Shown in pieces: positions 12,025-23,450 of a stretch of 64,000 nt of DNA. The translations under genes and the position numbers were made by a program. The notes beneath the pieces were generated by a model that made no database searches, had not been told where the DNA came from, and worked only from the letters and a program-made list of their open reading frames with translations. The first letter of the stretch is position 1; each line of letters starts with the position of its first letter. The stretch is from Cetorhinus maximus (lineage: Eukaryota). The DNA lies in NCBI RefSeq assembly GCF_964194155.1, contig NC_135908.1, positions 8,618,001 to 8,682,000 on the forward strand. Direction: 5' to 3'.

Positions 12025-13147
12025 GGCCTGCAGTTTCACTGAATTGGGTGACTCGGGAGCCCTTTAAAAATGGCAGGCGGGTGCTGATTCTGGGATTCCT
12101 GATCCCATTCTCGTAGCTGTGCAATTTGCAGGAATGCCTTTAAAGGGTTCCTGTCAGAACCCTGCATCCGGCACTCTTGACCTAACCAGCTTTTTAAACA
12201 GTTGTGGTTCACGGCCCCTTAGAGGAGTCATGGACTCTAGAGTGCGTGAAGGGACCTTTCAAAAGTTAAGTCCAAAATGTCCACCTCACATGCCAAGTTA
12301 CGACCCCCATCCACCCCCTCATGCCTCCTATGTCAAGTGTCCCCTATGCCAGGCCCCCCCCCTCCCCCCCCCCACATCCACCCTCTCAGGACCCTCATGC
12401 CCCTTATGCCAGGCTCTGCCCTCCATTGTACTCAATTGTGGTTTTTGAAGCTCCAAAGGGCTGAGATCATTGACACTTGTATTAGCTTTCACTCCAGAAC
12501 TTTTTTCATAGAAGAAATTTATCAATGGAGTACATTTTTTTAAAGTCTTTTTTACAAATCCCACTTTACAGTGATGTTCATTGGTTTAAGAAAGTGTTCA
12601 GTGGGTCAATGGGTATGGAAGTGCCAGAGCTTGGCATAAGGGGTCTGAGGGCATGAATGGGGTCAGAGTCAGGCATAGGGGGCCTGAGGAGGTGGATGGA
12701 GGATGTAACTTGGCATAGGAGGCATGAGGTGGACCTTTTGAAGTTACCTTTTAAAAGCTTCCCTCATGCACATTAGGGTTCACGACTCCTCCAAGGTTGG
12801 GGGGATTGGCAGAACCTGGCACAGAGGGCATGAGGGGCCTAAGGCTATGGTTGTGGGGCATGAGGTGCATGGGGAGTGTTTGGAGGGTGAAGAGGTGTGA
12901 GAGATGAGGGCTGGAGGGCCTTTGTGTTTTCTTGTCACTGGGACAAAGTCCCATGGCACTGAGGCAGCCACCTTGGCAACCGGCAGCTTCCGCGCTCCTT
13001 CTGGGGCTGGCTGGCCCAACTCCAGCTCTCACCCAGCCCCCAGCAATGAAGATCCTGCCTTAGTGGGCATTTGCTCCCGAGGCGGGCAGGCCAAGTCGGG
13101 AATTTTCCTGACTCCCTCTCCCCGCTTCGAGGATGAAAATCCAGGCC
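12025..13147. mobile_element. Non-autonomous DNA transposon (MITE/foldback-like; possibly PIF/Harbinger)
   Basis: Imperfect TIRs GGCCTGCAGTTTCA ... TGAAAATCCAGGCC; ATA on both sides (12022-24, 13148-50); internal subterminal inverted repeats. Confidence 0.65.
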
Positions 13148-14503
13148 ATAATTACCAAACCGAGCTAATTTCCACTCATTACTGAGCTGCCTGAACTAAG
13201 CTAGAATGGCAGGAGAGGCAATATAATCAACCTTAGTGACTCCAAGTTATAGAAAGGATATAATCAGCAAGAGTTCCTACTCCTGGCTCATTATGCATCA
13301 ATGCCTTCAGGAAAGTGGGTGAGAGACCTGGACTGGACTCAGCAGTGATTAACATTTACAGTCTGGGCTTAGACAAGAATAGTGGACATCCAGATAAGGT
13401 TATGAATGCCTGCTGCTGCTTAATATCATAACCAAGAAGAGTCAACTTCACAAGAGGGGAAAAAAACCTGTTATGGAAAATCAAGTGGATAACACAGTTT
13501 CAAAGATTCCAAGGAGGAAGTGGGGCAATCTAAGAAAATGTATCAGGTGTTGCAGACGCTGCTTAATGAATCACAATGTTGGCACAAATTTCACATGAGC
13601 AAAAAATGGAAAGAATTTTACTGAGAAACTCAGTGAGAGGGGAAAGGGAAGGGCCAAGCCCCAGGGGCCAGGACACCACCAACACTGAGAAAAGTAGTGA
13701 GAAAATTTGGTAAATCAGGAAACAACCAAATGACACCAGGTTTAGGGTTTGAAAAGCCTGTGGACTGAGAGTGGTTTGGAAGACTGAGGGAAATGAAAAG
13801 TTCCATAGGTTTTAGGCCCTGGGAAGGAATGAGTAAAAGCCGGAGATGACTAAGTAGGGAGATTATTTCAAGAATAAAATGATTATTGCAACACAAGGCT
13901 TTTGTTAACTCAGTTTCTATTCTGGTGTTCAGTCATACAAAGTTTTCAGATTCAAATAAAACGTAAGGAAAACAGCAAGAATAGAACAAGTCAGATTAAT
14001 TTCATTTGAGTATAATTCAGTCGCAGGTGAATGTAAGAGATGCACAGCACCATAACGTTGTCAAATAGCAGGATACTTATTTAAAATGTTCTGTAGCGAA
14101 TATATTGCTGTTAGTTCCATCCTCCTCCTTCCACAATTCACCAAACAGCATAGAAGACTTGGACCAAATGGTTTTGTGTAAGGCATCATGCTTCCAGCAT
14201 GTTCTAGAAGGTCAGAGTGCATCATAGTAAGTATTTCCATCAACATATTTCCATGCTGTATCAACAAAGAAGCCCTGGGGAAAATGGGAGGCAAGGGAGA
14301 ACAAGATTCCCTAGCATCCTTACAGGTGACATGTCTCACAACATGCAAAGCGCACTCAGCCCTTATCCCCCAGCCTGGGAAAGTAGCCAACTGTGCAAAG
14401 GTGATTCCTTATTTAACAAAAATAAAGGTCTATCTCAACACAGCCAGCTAACTCACCCAGAAATGAAGGTACAGATTTACTCAAGAAAGACACAAAGGAG
14501 TAA

Positions 14504-15139
14504 TCATTTCTTTGACAACTGTTCGATCAGTTTTTTCCAGCTGGCTCTCTTTTGGGTGATGTAGGTTGGGGTGACGACCATCATTGGTGCCCTGCGATCC
14601 CTCCTGAGGTACTGCTCGCAAAGAGCCTCTGTATTGCACATCACATACATCCCACAATCGTAGCTGTTCTTCTGGACCGGCGCTGGCTCCTCGACGAAAG
14701 GCACTTCAGATTTGGTTCCCAGGAAGTGTTGCAGCTTCTTCGCTATCTGTCGGGCATGGCTTGCATTCATATTGCTGCAGGAATCATAGTGGCTGAAGCA
14801 GTTCCCATCTCTGTTGTAGAACAGCAAGCTCCAGTGAGACCCGCCAGCTGCCTGCACAGAGTTGTCATTGACTGCAAGGAAGACCAAGCTTTTCTGTGCC
14901 AGTGCTAGTGGCTCCAGGAAGATAGCCAGCTCCTGCTGGCTGGCCATGCACTTAATAAATTGAGTAACTTCAGGGCTGATGAAGCAGGCGCTGCCCAACA
15001 GCTCCTTGTACTGCTCAGTGGCAAAGTATTCAAAGGCAAATGCTATGATGTGGTCATTGAGCCAGTTGGGTGGGTTGAGGAGTGAGAGATCTGAGCGTCG
15101 TATCAAACTGTCGTGGTAGCTCAGTATCACTGGATCCAT
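14504..15139 (-). CDS. SENP8: Sentrin-specific protease 8 / NEDP1 / DEN1 (NEDD8-specific C48 cysteine protease), single coding exon, 211 aa
   Basis: The ORF has the MDPVILSYHDSLIR N-terminus, WLNDHII, GGSHWSLL (His), HYDS (Asp) and QKNSYDCGMYV (Gln/Cys). A splice acceptor (ctctttgtttgcag|G, exon start 15146) lies 7 nt upstream of the ATG, matching the known single-coding-exon layout. Confidence 0.97.
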   Translation of the reverse strand: MDPVILSYHDSLIRRSDLSLLNPPNWLNDHIIAFAFEYFATEQYKELLGSACFISPEVTQFIKCMASQQELAIFLEPLALAQKSLVFLAVNDNSVQAAGGSHWSLLFYNRDGNCFSHYDSCSNMNASHARQIAKKLQHFLGTKSEVPFVEEPAPVQKNSYDCGMYVMCNTEALCEQYLRRDRRAPMMVVTPTYITQKRASWKKLIEQLSKK

Positions 15140-15177
15140 GCTGTTCCTGCAAACAAAGAGGACATTTTAGGTGTAAA

Positions 15178-15395
15178 AGTAAAATGCTGCGGATGCTGGA
15201 AGTCTGAAAGAAAAACAAAAAATGCTGGAAATACTCAGCAGGTCTGGCAGCATCTGTGGAGAGAGAAACACAGTTAACGCTTCAGGTCTGTGATCTTTCA
15301 TCAGAAATAGGACAAGTTAGAAATGGAATAAGTTTTGAGCAAGTGAAAGGGTGGAGAGTGGGACGAAGAACAAAGGCAAGAGTCCGTGATTGGGA
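15178..15395 (-). mobile_element. Penelope-like terminal fragment next to the SENP8 acceptor (related fragment at ~32615-32785)
   Basis: aaatgctggaaatactcagcaggtctggcagcatctgtggagagagaaa is shared with the hairpin elements and the 55665 element. Confidence 0.75.
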
Positions 15396-15519
15396 GGCAA
15401 TAAAAAGTTGCGACTCCAGTGCAGTAATAGAGGAGCGCTGCACCACCAGAAGAGTTCCCCTCTGAGCCACACACATCCTGAACTGGAGCTCTATTGCCGT
15501 TCCTCTGCCTGGCAATAGC

Positions 15520-16190
15520 CTGAAATTTAACCAGTCTGTTTGGTGTCACACTTGATCCTGTGATGAGCTTCTGACCTTAATGTCATCACGAAGGCTGTCA
15601 CTTTCCAACTGCGTAACACTGCTCGACTTGGTCCCACTCTCAGCTCATCTGCTGCTGGAACCCTCATCCATGCCTTCAATACCTCTAGATTTGACTATTC
15701 CAACACACTGGCTTGGTCTTGCACATTCTACTCTTCATAAACTTGAGGTCATCTAAAACTCTGCTGCCTGTGTCTTAACTTGCAGCAAGTCCCGTTCCCC
15801 TCTCACCCCTGTGCTCGCTGACTTTCATTGGCTCCTGGTCATGGCCTCGCCTCTCAAAATCACTGTAATCACCTCCAATCCCACAACTCTCCAAGATATC
15901 TCTACTTCTATTCTCTTTTGCATTCCCAATCATAATTGTTCCACCACTGGTGGCCGTGCCTTCAGCTGCCTGAGCCCCCGCAAGCTCTGGAATTCCCTCC
16001 CTAAGCCTCTCCACCTCTCAACTTCACTTTCCTCCTTTAAACACTTAAATCCTACCACTTTGACAAAGCTTTTGGCCATCTGACTTAATATCTCTTTAAG
16101 TGGCCCGGTGTCTTTGTTTTATAATGCTCCTGGGAAATGCTTTGGGACATTTCATTACATAAGATACTATATAAATATAAGTTGTTGTTG
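15520..16190 (+). mobile_element. L2 LINE 3' fragment (other L2 tails at ~9950-10200 +, 21585-21740 -, 35070-35270 -)
   Basis: Decayed TLIHAFxTSRxDYSN, NSAAxVLT and TPVLADxHWL motifs; tail ...ctatataaatataagttgttgttg. Confidence 0.85.
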
Positions 16191-16191
16191 T

Positions 16192-16375
16192 TATTCCTTC
16201 ACTGTCACTGGGTCAAAATCCTGGAACTCCCTCCCTAACAGCACTGTGGGTGTACCTACACCACATGAACTGCAGCGGCTCAAGAAGGCAGCTCACCACC
16301 ACCTTCTCAAGGGCAACTAGGGATGGGAAGTAATTGCCGGCCCAGCCAGCGAAGCCCACATCCCATGAATTAATT
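16192..16375 (+). mobile_element. 3'-tail fragment of the tRNA-headed LINE family (others at ~41130-41350 +, 44900-45200 +, 55240-55440 -)
   Basis: gggtcaaaatcctggaactccct...ctcaccaccaccttctcaagggcaa...cccacatcccatgaat. Confidence 0.85.
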
Positions 16376-16554
16376 TTTAAAAATCCATTTTGAAAGTCAC
16401 TATTGAATCTGCTTTCACTATCCTTTTAGGCAGGGCATTCCATTTACTTATCAAAACCTTTCATTATTTGAACATTGTTGTTAAATCTCCCCTTAACTTT
16501 CCCTACACGAACGCGAGCAAACCCACCTTCTCCAATCCTGATCTTTTTATCATT

Positions 16555-17685
16555 GTAGCATGATTGACAGCTAATTAGCATAGGCACTACCCCTAGGGTA
16601 TGGCTGACAATGCAAAATGAGCATGGCCCTTCCCCTCTATAATGATTGACAGCTGTGACAGGTAGCCCAGCCCCACCTCCTGTGCTGATTGACAGCTGTG
16701 ACAGGACCCACAACCCGCCTCCTGTTCTGATTTAAATCTCAGTGACAGGATCCACAGCCCCACCTCCTGTGCTGATTGACAGCTCAGTGACAGGCTTCAT
16801 AGCCCCACCTCTTGTACTGATTGACAGCTCAGTGTCAGGGAGAACAGTTCCGCCTCCTGTTCTGATTGACAGCTCAGTGACAGGCAGCACAGCCCCACCT
16901 CTTGTACCAAATGACAGTTCAGTGAGATGCAGAAGAGCCCCGCTTCTTGTACTGATTGGCAGCTGTGACAGAACCCACAACCCGCCTCCTATTCTGATTG
17001 ACAGCTCAGTGACAGGGAGAATAGCTCAACCTCCTGTTCTGATTGGCAGATCAGTGACAGGTCCCACAGCACCACCTCCTGTACTGATTGACAACTGTGA
17101 CAGTGAGCACAGCCCCGCCTCCTGTACTGATTGATAGCTCAGTGAGTGAGCACAGCCCCGCCTCCTGTACTGATTGACAGCTAAGTGACAGCACAGCCCC
17201 ACCTCCTGTACTGATTGACAGCTTAGTGACAGGCAACACAGCCCCATCTCCTGTACTGATTGACAGCTTAGTGACAGGCAACACAGCCCCATCTCCTGTA
17301 CTGATTGACAGCTTAGTGACAGGCAACACAGCCCCGCCTCCTGTACTGATTGACAGCTTAGTGACAGGCAACACAGCCCCGCCTCCTGTACTGATTGACA
17401 GCTTAGTGACAGGCAACACAGCCCCGCCTCCTGTACTGATTGAGAGCTGACACAAGCAGCACAGCCCCACCTCTTGTACCGGACGATAGTTCAATGAGAG
17501 GCAGCAGGGCCCCGCCTCCTGCACTGATTGACAGGTCAGCGACATGGAGCACAGCCCCGCGCGTCCTGCACTGATTGACAGCTCAGTGACAGGGCTCCTG
17601 CAATGATTGACAGCTGACAAGATCGCTAGGCCCCACCTACCGGTAGCTCCGCTCCTACCGTCAATTGTGATTGACAGCTGAACCT
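16555..17685. repeat. Minisatellite, ~45-bp unit CTGATTGACAGCTTAGTGACAGGCAACACAGCCCCGCCTCCTGTA, in SENP8 intron 1
   Basis: TGATTGACAG starts at 17212, 17257, 17302, 17347 and 17392 (period 45). Edges are more degenerate. Confidence 0.95.
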
Positions 17686-17788
17686 TCAATCCAACTGCTG
17701 AAGAGGCTCGAGCGTACCCGAGTTCTCCATCCATCAAGGAACCTTATTCCCCAGATAAAGAATTAGCAAAGTCAGACACTAAACTTAC

Positions 17789-17900
17789 GCCTATCGATTT
17801 TACCTGACGGCTGCAGCCGCCTTGCCGCAGGCTCCGCGCGGCGCTAGGACGGAGAACGGCGCTTCATATTGGCGCGCGCACAGTGCGAAGCTGCGCGCAG
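17789..17900 (-). other. SENP8: Probable non-coding first exon of SENP8, with two alternative donors
   Basis: At the CpG-island edge the minus strand has CAG|GTAAAA (intron starts 17803) and GGC|GTAAGT (intron starts 17788). The TSS is not determinable; 17900 is a placeholder. Confidence 0.6.
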
Positions 17901-18099
17901 TAGCCTGCCGTAAGGCGGGAGGAGGCTTTTGGGGGTGGGAAACACTGATTTTCGCGACGGTGCCGTGCCATGATCTCGCGCCGGCAGGTGGCGGTGCGGC
18001 CCCGGCTCGCGGCGCCCTCGGTGCTGCGCGTGCGCAGCGGCTCGCGTCTCCCTCCCTCCCCTTTCATCCGCCGCCGCTGCGGCGCATGCGCGGGTGGGA

Positions 18100-18299
18100 A
18101 ACTGGCTCGTGCCAAACGGAAGATCCGAGGGAGGCGCGAGCGAGAGAAGCCGTCTGAGAGCAAAAGGGAACGGGGTCGGTGCCGCTGCTGGGACGGCAGA
18201 GCGGGCTAGAGGGGCGGGGGTTTGAGTAGAAGCGCGGTCTCGACAGCGTCGGCGGCGGCTGTGGAAGCGCGCTCGGTACTGAGGGGGAATTCGGCTGAG
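18100..18299 (+). other. Probable non-coding first exon of the head-to-head gene (MYO9A by synteny); the rest of the window is probably its intron 1
   Basis: Donor GAG|GTGAGA at 18299/18300. Downstream sequence looks T/G-rich on the plus strand. SENP8 is head-to-head with MYO9A in human. No MYO9A coding sequence is visible, so the identity is inference. Confidence 0.55.
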
Positions 18300-18529
18300 G
18301 TGAGAGAGCGCCCGTCAGTCAGTCTATGAGAGAGCAGGACCGGGATCGCCCCAAGCTTCCTCCCGCAATCTCTGCTGCTGCTGCTAACGTACCCGGCTCG
18401 CGCCCGCGGCCATGGAGCGCGCTCCCTACGCAAGGCAACAGCGCGCGCGCGCTCGCCCTGTCTCACCGACACCTCCCCCCCACCTCACCCCGGGTAGCCT
18501 GTGCCAGTGAGAGGCGGGGGCGGGGGGGC

Positions 18530-20460
18530 ATCTCCGTATCTGGGACAGCCTGTATCCATAGGGCCATCTCTCTACCCTGGGACAGCCTGTATCCATAGGG
18601 CCATCTCTCTACCCTGGGACAGCCTGTATCCATAGGGCCATCTCTCTACCCTGGGCAGCCTGTATCCATAGGGCCATCTCTCTACCCTGGGACAGCCTGT
18701 ATCCATAGGGCCATCTCTGTACCCTGGGACAGCCTGTATCCATAGGGCCATCTCTGTACCCTGGGACAGCCTGTGTCCATAGGGCCATCTCTCTACCCTG
18801 GGCAGTCTGAGCTCATAGGGCCATCTCTCTACCCTGGGACAGCCTGTGCCCATAGGGGCATCTCTCTACCCTGGGCAGCCTGTGCCCATAGGGCCATCTC
18901 TCTACCCTGGGACAGCCTGTGTCCATAGGGCCATCTCTCTACCCTGGGCAGCCTGTGCCCATATGGCCATCTCTGTACCCTGGGACAGCCTGTATCCATA
19001 GGGCCATCTCTCTACCCTGGGGCAGCCTGTGCCCATAGGGCCATCTCTCTACCCTGGGCAGCCTGTGCCCATAGGGGCATCTCTGTAACCTGGGACAGCC
19101 TGTGCCCATAGGGGCATCTCTGTAACCTGGGACAGCCTGTGCCCATAGGGCCATCTCTGTACCCTGGGCAGCCTGTGTCCATAGGGCCATCTCTGTACCC
19201 TGGGCAGCCTGTGTCCATAGGGCCATCTCTCTACCCTGGGCAGTCTGAGCTCATAGGGCCATCTCTCTACCCTGGGACAGCCTGTGCCCATAGGGGCATC
19301 TCTCTACCCTGGGCAGCCTGTGCCCATAGGGCCATCTCTCTACCCTGGGACAGCCTGTGTCCATAGGGCCATCTCTCTACCCTGGGCAGCCTGTGCCCAT
19401 ATGGCCATCTCTGTACCCTGGGACAGCCTGTATCCATAGGGCCATCTCTCTACCCTGGGGCAGCCTGTGCCCATAGGGCCATCTCTCTACCCTGGGCAGC
19501 CTGTGCCCATAGGGGCATCTCTGTAACCTGGGACAGCCTGTGCCCATAGGGCCATCTCTGTACCCTGGGCAGCCTGTGTCCATAGGGCCATCTCTGTACC
19601 CTGGGCAGCCTGTGTCCATAGGGCCATCTCTCTACCCTGGGCAGTCTGAGCTCATAGGGCCATCTCTCTACCCTGGGACAGCCTGTGCCCATAGGGGCAT
19701 CTCTCTACCCTGGGCAGCCTGTGCCCATAGGGCCATCTCTCTACCCTGGGACAGCCTGTGTCCATAGGGGCATCTCTGTACTCTGGGACAGCCTGTGCCC
19801 ATAGGGGCATCCCTGTACCCTGGGACAGCCTGTGCCCATAGGGGCAACCCTGTACCCTGGACAGCCTGTGCCCATGGGGGTATCCCTGTACCCTGGGACA
19901 GCCTGTGCCCATAGGGGTATCCCTGTACCCTGGGACAGCCTGTGCCCATAGAGGCATCTCTGTACCCTGGGACAGCCTGTGCCCATAGGGGCATCTCTGT
20001 ACCCTGGGACAGCCTGTGCCCATAGGGGCATCTCTGTACCCTGGGACAGCCTGTGCCCATAGGGGCATCTCTGTACCCTGGGACAGCCTGTGCCCATAGG
20101 GGCATCTCTGTACCCTGGGACAGCCTGTGCCCATAGGGGCATCTCTGTACCCTGGGACAGCCTGTGCCCATAGGGGCATCTCTGTACCCTGGGACAGCCT
20201 GTGCCCATAGGGGCATCTCTGTACCCTGGGACAGCCTGTGCCCATAGGGGCATCTCTGTACCCTGGGACAGCCTGTGCCCATAGGGGCATCTCTGTACCC
20301 TGGGACAGCCTGTGCCCATAGGGGCATCTCTGTACCCTGGGACAGCCTGTGCCCATAGGGGCATTTCTGTACCCTGGGACAGCCTGTGCCCATAGGGGCA
20401 TCTCTGTACCCTGGGACAGCCTGTGCCCATTGGGGCATCTCTCTACCTGGGACAGCCTGT
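18530..20460. repeat. Minisatellite, 36-37-bp unit CCTGGGACAGCCTGTGCCCATAGGGGCATCTCTGTAC, with higher-order repeats
   Basis: Tandem units are directly visible. The 37-bp period explains the frame-cycling ORFs 19652-20465. Confidence 0.97.
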
Positions 20461-23024
20461 GTCAATTGTGGGCGGCCCCCTGCCCTGCCTGCCTGGACAG
20501 CCTGTGTGAATAGGAGTCCCCTGCTTTCTGGGACAACCTATGCCAATTGTGCACATCTGCACCCAAGAATGAGCCTTGGTATCTCCTCCTTTGAGCCAGT
20601 GGCAATTTTTGTCTGATCATTCTGCTGTGTGGTGCCTGGAGACATTTGAATTGTTAAAATTGTGATTATGAATGGAGGTTTTCCAAATTTGCGGCTTGTA
20701 GTTGGAGTATTTTTGTTGTGCATGCAGCAACTGGAATACCTGCACTGTTGCCACCACTGTAGTAAAAATGAACACCACATAATGCCAGTCTGCCAGTGCC
20801 AAATGTCCAGAATATCCATGCCGGCTATAATCTGTGATAGTACAACACGGTATGACTCATAATGCAGTTTTGCAAAGTGACTTACTTCAATTTAATTAGC
20901 ACTCCTTTTGATTTAACAATCTGAGCTCATCTTAAATTATAGCTTAGCGTTGTGCTTAAGGAAATTCAGTCGAAGGAATTACATTTAAACCAAAATTTGA
21001 TTGAAATGCAATTAATGTTTTGTTCCTATTGAGTTACAAGACTTCCTGCAATGAAGTAGGAGGTGAATGAGATGATGCTGTTCCTTTGCAATTTGAGGAG
21101 GATGGAATTGGCTTGAAATAAATGCAACCACCGTGGTTTTACATTTACACTTAAAATCATCTTTTTACATAGGTGTATTGAAATTTCTTATTGTTAGGTT
21201 GTTTGACAAATTAAAAATGCAGTTCTGCTGCAGGATGTTGTGTTTCAAGGATCCACTTTGTATAATGTATATAGTTTTCTTTTGAAGGTTGAAAGGCAAA
21301 GTAATTTGTAAGAAAGATACTAAGACTGTCATCCAACAGTATCTTAGAATGTGGTAGTAAATCTTTTATTTTTAAACTGCATTAAAAATGTAGCCCAATG
21401 CAAAAAAGGCTAAAACTCAGCAGACCTTTGGAGAAGAGTAGTGTGAAATTATCATAGACTGTTCCTCTTGAACAATCAAACACACCCAACAATAGAATCT
21501 TGATTTTTGCTCTTTTAAGTGTAGGCTGTATTTGGAGAGAGGATTTTGAGTTGTGTTGATCATGAGAACAATTTGGGTTGAATTAACAGCAACTTAGATT
21601 TATATACTGCCTTTAACATGGTAAAGCACCCCAAAGCACTTTACAGATGTGTTATCAAACATAATTTGGCACCAAGCCACATAAGAGGTGACCAAAAGCT
21701 TGGGTCAGAGGCAGAGATTTTAAGGGGTGCCTTAGAGAAAAGAGATATACGTTTGAATTACACAGCACCAAAACATGTTTTGATGTGATTTTTCAATATT
21801 AGATAAATCCTAACCTAAAGGATATGGGGTTGCAGTTATGAAGAGACTTGAGAAATTCAGGCTTTTCTTGTGGGAGTTGGGAAGATGAAGGGGTGACTTG
21901 ATGGGGCTATTCAGTAATATGAAGGATTATGGTAATATGGTAGATTGCTTCCATTGATCATTAAAATGACAACAAGAGAGCACAAGTGTAAGGTAATTAC
22001 AAAAAAATTTGAAGGGGAAGTTCTTTTTAAAAAGATCTTGGGACAGATTGGCTAATATGTGGAATTTTCTGCCAAGTTGATGCTAAGTTTTATTAAAATG
22101 AAATTAAGTGAAAAAGAGGAATAGTGATGTGTATGAAAATGAGCAGGAAAGAAAGCTTTGTTTAGATGGCACACATGGAGATAAACACAATAGCAGTCTT
22201 GATGGGCTATGTGCTGTAAAATTCTATGAATCAAAATTGTCCAAAACCAAAATTGTTGAAAGGTGTAGGTCTGTCAGATTTACCTAATCTTGGCTGGTGC
22301 TTTTTGCATTGCTGTTGGGGGTTCCTGGGAAAATTATATTTAATTGAGGTTTGGCTCCTCTTGTATTTTGTCGTTCCCCGCAATCCCCCAACCATGTAGT
22401 TCTCACTTTTTATTAATTTATTAGTATCCTATTGGTAGGGTGACAGGAACAAAAGACGTTTTTTCACTGATTCAAAGATAGATGTTTCTAAGGACAGACA
22501 GTGTATTTTTTATAATTTATATATTGCATATAATCTGTATTTGCAGACTGCAGGAAATTAGGAGATGGTCTTACCTTTTACAGAAGGTATTGCATTGCAT
22601 TTAAATTTTGGAGGATGATCCTTTGTTGCTGAATGCAGTACATGGGGAGAATCTTACAGCCTGAAATGGTTGCTGCTGCTGTATGTACTTCATTAATATA
22701 CTGGGATTGCTGGTACATCACATCATTTATTCAGTCTTGGATGGTGTTACTATATGAGGTTGATTCAGAGATTGGGGTGCTGAGACTGTATGTGCTTTAT
22801 TTGGAGACTGTGGATACACACTGGTACCGCATAAGCTTAAATCAGAGACTGGGGTCCTTTTAATGCCCATGCTTTAATTGGAGACTGTGTATATCATGAT
22901 CTGAGAATGGAATTGTTGTATGTACTGTGTTTAGACTGTTGGATATTTGTTGCTTCTAGTGCCAGAGTTAGATGTTTCATTGTATTTTTAACTTAGATTG
23001 AAAATGGATGAAGAAAAAAAGGCT

Positions 23025-23450
23025 TGCATTTCTATCACACCCATCACAACCTTAGGACATCCCAAAATGCTTTACAGCTGATCAAGTACTTTTGAAGTGT
23101 AGTCACTGTTATAATGTGGAAAGCCTGATGATCAATTTGTGCACAGCAAGCTCCCATAAACAACAATATAATAATGATTAGATGATCTGTTTTTGTGATG
23201 CTGATTGAGGGATAAATATTGACCAGCGCACCAGGTAGAACTCCCCTGCTCTTCAAAATAGTGTCAAAGGATCTTCTTGCATAGGTTCATCTGTCTCATC
23301 AAAAAAAAAGTACCTCTGACAATTTAGCGCTCCCTCCATACTGCATTTAAGTGCCAGCCATAATTTTTTTACTTTGGTCCTGGAATGGGGCTTGAATCTA
23401 CAATCTTCTGACTCAGGTGAGAATGTTACCAGCTAAGCCACAGATGACAA
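23025..23450 (-). mobile_element. Deu-domain SINE copy (others at ~1-180, 5090-5645 +, 8495-8835 +, 37560-37955 +, 53345-53765 -)
   Basis: Reverse complement of the 25208 element. Confidence 0.8.

Larger units (their letters stand above)
17700..18535. promoter_or_regulatory. CpG island, bidirectional promoter
   Basis: Dense CpG and GC-rich block, unique in the window. NRF1-like TGCGCGTGCGCA (18025-18036) and GCGCATGCGC (18082-18091), E2F-like TTGGCGCG (~17869) and GC boxes. Splice donors point outward on both sides. Confidence 0.9.

Noticed and set aside
16732-17737. ORFs with TKLSISTGGGAVLPV repeats
   Set aside because: Artefact of the 45-bp minisatellite.
17822-18598. Arg/Ala-rich ORFs in the CpG island
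   Set aside because: Stop-poor GC-rich promoter sequence with no recognisable protein.
18572-20465. Overlapping 229-265 aa ORFs, and a possible CRISPR-like array
   Set aside because: A 37-bp tandem repeat cycling through frames. Units are contiguous with no unique spacers, there are no cas genes, and the context is vertebrate.
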